Shown here: positions 36,473 to 40,657 of the stretch, piece by piece | Numbering within the stretch: the stretch's first letter is position 1 | How the letters are laid out: each line of letters opens with the position of its first letter | DNA from: an uncultured bacterium | GTDB lineage: Bacteria > Actinomycetota > Actinomycetes > Nanopelagicales > Nanopelagicaceae | Length of the DNA stretch: 40,657 bases | Reading direction: 5' to 3' | Assembly: GCA_963923155.1 (NCBI GenBank) | Contig: CAWULI010000001.1 | Coordinates: 1-40,657 of the forward strand | Notes under the pieces: model-generated | What the model was told of the DNA's origin: nothing | What the model saw: only the letters and a program-made list of their open reading frames with translations | The model's database searches: none | Position numbers and translations under genes: made by a program

Positions 36473-37593
36473 TGTCCGACTCGCTTCTGCTCCATTAAGG
36501 AGACAAATCGATCGAAGAGATAACTTGCGTCATGTGGACCGGCTGCAGCTTCTGGGTGGTATTGCACGCTAAATGCTGGTCTTTCAAGTAGTCGCAAACC
36601 TTCCACTACCCCATCATTTAAACCAACATGTGTGACTTCTCCGGGTCCGTATACCGTGGTGAAACTTCCTTCGGTAGGAGCTTTAAGTGCGAATCCGTGA
36701 TTATGAGCAGTAATTTCCACCTTACCGGTTAATTTATCCAAAACCGGTTGATTGATCCCTCGGTGACCGAATTGCAACTTATAAGTTTCGAAACCAAGTG
36801 CGCGTCCCAATATCTGATGACCGAAACATATTCCAAAGATGGGCACCTCGTCGCTTAACAATTCGCGTACAGTTTCAACAACTGAATCCATCGTCGCGGG
36901 ATCACCTGGACCATTTGATAAGAACACACCATCTGGTTGCAAGGCTTGGATCTCTGATGCCGAAGTATCAAAGGGCACAACAGTGACCTCTACGCCGCGT
37001 TCTGCAAATGATCTTGGCGTAGCAGCCTTGATACCGAGATCTAAAGCCACAACTTTAAAACGAACCTCTTTGGGGTTCACCACATATCTTTTTTCGGTTG
37101 AGACATCCTTGGCCAGAAAACTTCCAGTCATCTGCTCGAATTTGCGCACTTCAATGACCATCTCTTCGCGCGATAAATCTTCTCCGCTAAAGATACCGAC
37201 TCGCATGGCACCGCGATCTCTTAGATGGCGAGTGAGCGCTCTGGTATCAACACCAGAAATCCCAACTATATTCTGTCGCTTCAACTCACTTTCCAAATCT
37301 GTAGTGGCTCGCCAGTTGCTAGTTATCGGCGAAGGGTTCCTGACTACAAAACCACTCACCCAAATTTGATCGGATTCGTTATCCTCCAAGTTCCATCCGG
37401 TATTACCGATATGTGGTGCAGTCATAACCACGACTTGTTTGTGATAGGAGGGATCGGTAAGGGTCTCTTGGTAACCAGTCATACCAGTTGCAAATACCGC
37501 TTCACCAAAAGTACGTCCTAATGAACCCCAAGAACTTCCTTCGAAGATCCGACCGTCATCAAGCACTAAATATGCTTTAAGAGCAGCTGTCAT
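36463..37593 (-). CDS. carA: Carbamoyl-phosphate synthase small (glutaminase) subunit
   Basis: It has the N-terminus [11 protein letters not shown], the catalytic GICFGHQ motif and a C-terminal HPEA motif. Confidence 0.95.
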   Translation of the reverse strand: MTAALKAYLVLDDGRIFEGSSWGSLGRTFGEAVFATGMTGYQETLTDPSYHKQVVVMTAPHIGNTGWNLEDNESDQIWVSGFVVRNPSPITSNWRATTDLESELKRQNIVGISGVDTRALTRHLRDRGAMRVGIFSGEDLSREEMVIEVRKFEQMTGSFLAKDVSTEKRYVVNPKEVRFKVVALDLGIKAATPRSFAERGVEVTVVPFDTSASEIQALQPDGVFLSNGPGDPATMDSVVETVRELLSDEVPIFGICFGHQILGRALGFETYKLQFGHRGINQPVLDKLTGKVEITAHNHGFALKAPTEGSFTTVYGPGEVTHVGLNDGVVEGLRLLERPAFSVQYHPEAAAGPHDASYLFDRFVSLMEQKRVGQWR

Positions 37594-38879
37594 TTACTAG
37601 ACCAGACCAATCGGCCTTTAAAAATTGTCGCTTGAACGCTTCCGGAGAATTCCATGCCATGAAATGGAGTGTTCTTGCTTTTCGACGCCACTAGATCCCG
37701 ATCAACCTTCCAATTAGAGTTTGGATTGAATAGCGTTAAATTAGCAGGCGCTCCCTTTACTAAGCCTCTTCCTTGCGTGTGATAACGACCAATTTGAGCG
37801 GGAATAATTGACATCCTCTGCTGTAGTTGAGCGACATTCATCAATTTAGTGTCAATCATGGTCTGCCAAACTATGGGCAAGGCCGTTTCTAGGCCAAGCA
37901 TTCCAAAAGCTGCGTACTGCCACTCGCACTCTTTGCTCTCTGCTGGATGTGGCGCATGATCGGTAGCAACAATGTCAATGGTTCCATCGGCTAAGCCTTC
38001 GCGAAGAGCTTCGACATCAGCAACGCTTCGAAGCGGTGGATTAACTTTAAAAATTGGATCATACGATCTAGCAGACTCATCGGTTAATAAGAGATGGTGG
38101 GGTGTAACCTCTGCAGTTACCGCAATTCCGCGCGCTTTAGCCCAACGAACGATTTCGACGCCACCGGCAGTGGTTAAATGACAGATATGAAGCCGTGACT
38201 TAACGTGATCGGCTAGAAGTACGTCTCTTGCAATGATTGCCTCTTCTGCCACAGCAGGCCAACCTTTTAATCCCAATTGAGATGAGATCAATCCTTCGTT
38301 CATTTGGGCATCGACAGTCAACGTTGGATCTTGGGCATGCTGCGCAATTACGCCATCAAACTTCTTTACATATTCAAGGGCTCGGCGCATTACCAGGGGA
38401 TCGCTTACGCAATTTCCATCGTCACTAAAGATGCGAACTTGGGCAACCGAATCTGCCATCGCGCCAATTTCAGCTAATTCTTTTCCGGCCAATCCTTTAG
38501 TAACAGCTCCTATTGGATAGACCGCAGTCAATCCTGCTGATTCACCCAACCGGAATACTTGCTCCACTAATCCTGCGGTATCTGCAACAGGAGAGGTATT
38601 TGGCATTGCTGAGATAGCGGTAAAACCGCCTCGCACCGCGGCCATCGATCCAGTTGCCACGGTTTCGGAATCTTCTTTCCCTGGTTCGCGCAGATGGGTA
38701 TGGAGGTCGACTAAACCAGAGAGCGCAAGGGTTCCCTTTCCGTCAATAATCTCAAATGAACCATAGTCAGATTTGCCGGCCAAATTATTAGCGATCTCTA
38801 CAATCAAGCCATTACTTATTGCGATATCAACTTCTGGGGTATCCAAATCTAATTTGGTGCCAACGATCAAGTAGTTCAC
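37590..38879 (-). CDS. pyrC: Dihydroorotase
   Basis: It has [10 protein letters not shown] and ATDHAPH motifs and is 429 aa long. Confidence 0.9.
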   Translation of the reverse strand: MNYLIVGTKLDLDTPEVDIAISNGLIVEIANNLAGKSDYGSFEIIDGKGTLALSGLVDLHTHLREPGKEDSETVATGSMAAVRGGFTAISAMPNTSPVADTAGLVEQVFRLGESAGLTAVYPIGAVTKGLAGKELAEIGAMADSVAQVRIFSDDGNCVSDPLVMRRALEYVKKFDGVIAQHAQDPTLTVDAQMNEGLISSQLGLKGWPAVAEEAIIARDVLLADHVKSRLHICHLTTAGGVEIVRWAKARGIAVTAEVTPHHLLLTDESARSYDPIFKVNPPLRSVADVEALREGLADGTIDIVATDHAPHPAESKECEWQYAAFGMLGLETALPIVWQTMIDTKLMNVAQLQQRMSIIPAQIGRYHTQGRGLVKGAPANLTLFNPNSNWKVDRDLVASKSKNTPFHGMEFSGSVQATIFKGRLVWSSK

Positions 38880-39805
38880 ATTTCACCTGCCAATAGAAGA
38901 TAAAGGATTGCCATACGAACACTTATACCGTTACTGACTTGTTCGACAATAACGCTTCGAGCTGAGTCCGCAGACTCAGCGGTTATCTCAAGTCCACGAT
39001 TCATGGGGCCGGGGTGCATCACAATTGCGTTCGGTTTGAGCATAGACAACCTAGCCTGATTTAAACCAAAATATCTGGAATATTCACGCGCACTAGGAAA
39101 GAAGGAATCGGTCATCCGCTCCATTTGAATTCGCAACATCATCACAGCGTCGACATTGGGCAAAACCGAATCTAAATCATAAGAAATCTTCGCGGGCCAT
39201 TTACCGACGCCGACCGGAAGCAATGTTGGTGGCGCGACTAGTTGGACTTGCGCACCGAGTTTTTCGAGTAAAAGTACATTTGATCTTGCGACTCTTGAAT
39301 GCAGAACATCTCCGACAATCGCTACCTTGATACCAGATAGATCTTCGCTTCCTTTCGCCAGGTGTTTGCGAAGAGTAAATGCATCGAGTAAAGCCTGACT
39401 TGGATGTTCATGGGTCCCATCACCAGCATTAATTACAGCTCCGTTAGTCCAATGAGAATCAGCTAATCGTTGCGCTGCCCCTGATGCGCTATGGCGAATA
39501 ATCACGGCATCTGCGCCCATCGCTTGCAAAGTAAGCGCGGTATCTTTCAACGATTCACCTTTGGAAACAGAAGATCCTTTTGCGCTGAAATTGATTACAT
39601 CCGCCGATAACCTCTTGGCAGCGGCTTCAAAGGAGATTCGAGTGCGTGTGGAATCTTCGAAGAAGAGGTTCACGATGGTTCGTCCACGCAAAGTAGGCAG
39701 CTTCTTCATCGGAGCATCAGAGACTCGAGCCAGCTCTTGTGCGGTGTCCAGAATTTGAATGGCTTCAGATCTCGTTAAATCATTAATCGATAGGAGGTGC
39801 TTCAT
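38876..39805 (-). CDS. pyrB: Aspartate carbamoyltransferase catalytic subunit
   Basis: Motifs are [21 protein letters not shown] and HPGPMNRG. Confidence 0.95.
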   Translation of the reverse strand: MKHLLSINDLTRSEAIQILDTAQELARVSDAPMKKLPTLRGRTIVNLFFEDSTRTRISFEAAAKRLSADVINFSAKGSSVSKGESLKDTALTLQAMGADAVIIRHSASGAAQRLADSHWTNGAVINAGDGTHEHPSQALLDAFTLRKHLAKGSEDLSGIKVAIVGDVLHSRVARSNVLLLEKLGAQVQLVAPPTLLPVGVGKWPAKISYDLDSVLPNVDAVMMLRIQMERMTDSFFPSAREYSRYFGLNQARLSMLKPNAIVMHPGPMNRGLEITAESADSARSVIVEQVSNGISVRMAILYLLLAGEM

Positions 39806-40314
39806 GCTTCAATCACCACCTCGTCTCGACCATCAACTTCTGTCAAGAAAACTTTGACAGATTGATTCAAATTGGTGGGCAGGTTCTTCCCGACAAAATC
39901 TGCGCGTATCGGCAATTCACGATGGCCGCGGTCTACCAGAACAGCAAGTTGTACCGTCTTGGGTCTACCTAATTCGCCTAAGGCATCGAGTGCTGCGCGG
40001 ATTGTTCGACCCGAGAAAAGCACATCATCTATGAGAACGACATGCTTACCCTCGATACCTGACTGTGGGATGGTTGTGGGCATCAAAGCTCTTGGGGCGC
40101 GAAGCCTTAAATCATCTCGGTGCAAAGTGATATCTAAAGTTCCAGTTGCTACCGGTAAACCTTCGATATTTGAGATTAATTTCGAGATGCGATTTGCTAA
40201 GTGGGCACCACGGGTTGGAATTCCTAAAATTACGATATTTTCAGAGCCAGCATTGCGCTCTAGAATCTCATGAGAAATGCGCATTAAGGCGCGCGAGATA
40301 TCAGCTGAATTCAT
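39802..40314 (-). CDS. pyrR: Bifunctional pyrimidine operon regulator / uracil phosphoribosyltransferase PyrR
   Basis: A 170 aa protein with the PRPP motif [18 protein letters not shown]. It is the first gene of the pyr cluster. Confidence 0.9.
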   Translation of the reverse strand: MNSADISRALMRISHEILERNAGSENIVILGIPTRGAHLANRISKLISNIEGLPVATGTLDITLHRDDLRLRAPRALMPTTIPQSGIEGKHVVLIDDVLFSGRTIRAALDALGELGRPKTVQLAVLVDRGHRELPIRADFVGKNLPTNLNQSVKVFLTEVDGRDEVVIEA

Positions 40315-40328
40315 TTCACTTCCACCTT

Positions 40329-40347
40329 CCCCACCTCTCTGGATGGG
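40329..40347 (-). promoter_or_regulatory. Candidate PyrR-binding RNA stem-loop in the pyrR leader, abutting the Shine-Dalgarno sequence
   Basis: The minus-strand RNA reads CCCAUC-CAGAGA-GGUGGG, which contains UCCAGAGAGGU, the core of the PyrR binding-loop consensus. It is followed directly by GAAGGUGGAAG (SD) and the ATG at 40314. Confidence 0.6.
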
Positions 40348-40417
40348 TCGTTAAAGGATTGGTCGAATACTACCTGCGTTAGGTTGATTTCGGTTAATTA
40401 CCGAAAATCCGGCGAGT

Positions 40418-40657
40418 TTAGAGCGCGATCTGACCTTTGATACTGGCCAATTTGCCTAGTACACCGTGAATGAATTTAGGCGATTCTTCGGTTGAAAGCT
40501 CTGATGCAAGTTTTAAGGCCTCGTCAATCGCGACTGATTCTGGGACCGATCCCCATAGTAATTCCCATATCGCAAGGCGAAGGATGTTTCTATCGACACT
40601 TGGAATCCGATCAAAATCCCAACCCTGGATGTAAGAACGAATTAGTTCATCGATTCT
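40418..40657 (-). CDS. nusB: Transcription antitermination factor NusB; C-terminal part only, since the 5' end lies beyond the window
   Basis: My own reverse-strand translation reads [35 protein letters not shown]...[32 protein letters not shown], stopping at 40418-40420. The ORF is absent from the supplied track because it is partial. Confidence 0.8.
   Translation of the reverse strand, partial: RIDELIRSYIQGWDFDRIPSVDRNILRLAIWELLWGSVPESVAIDEALKLASELSTEESPKFIHGVLGKLASIKGQIAL

Overview
The window is a very compact, almost entirely protein-coding stretch of core chromosome from an actinobacterium. Lineage markers are mshC (mycothiol), pafB/pafC, mIHF, a PAC2-family protein and a TrmI/RecB-like nuclease pair. 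By eye the sequence is AT-rich for the phylum, which would fit a genome-streamlined lineage; I did not compute GC content. I call 46 CDS (two of them partial at the window edges), one tRNA-Leu(GAG), one strong Rho-independent terminator, one PyrR-type RNA site and two short tandem repeats.

Gene content by region:
- 1-11.7 kb: lipid kinase, tatC-tatA, pafC-pafB, trmI, RecB-like nuclease, HAD hydrolase, PAC2, mshC, a kinase-like/DUF3090/histidine-phosphatase trio, an aldo/keto reductase and an M20 hydrolase.
- 11.8-20.9 kb: tRNA-Leu followed by a less syntenic block holding apt, an AT3-SGNH acyltransferase, tdk, a Zn-ADH, two membrane proteins, an NCS2 purine permease, an orphan ABC ATPase and a split serB.
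- 20.9-40.7 kb: one co-directional minus-strand gene train, nusB / pyrR-pyrB-pyrC-carA-carB-pyrK-pyrD-pyrF-(mIHF~gmk)-rpoZ-coaBC-metK-priA-def-fmt-rsmB-rpe-hisE-hisG.

I see no mobile element, CRISPR array, integrase, toxin-antitoxin pair or obvious defence island.

Observations most worth a second look:
1. The conserved but functionally undefined kinase-like/DUF3090/phosphatase trio, packed directly against mshC.
2. trmI abutting pafB with no Pup-proteasome genes between them.
3. An in-frame mIHF-guanylate kinase fusion.
4. A serB split into a standalone ACT-like ORF plus a bare phosphatase domain.
5. A PriA lacking recognisable Walker A/B motifs.
6. A 6-copy 10-bp tandem repeat beginning inside the tdk stop codon.

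All product calls rest on motif and family recognition by eye from the translated ORFs. No database search was run.
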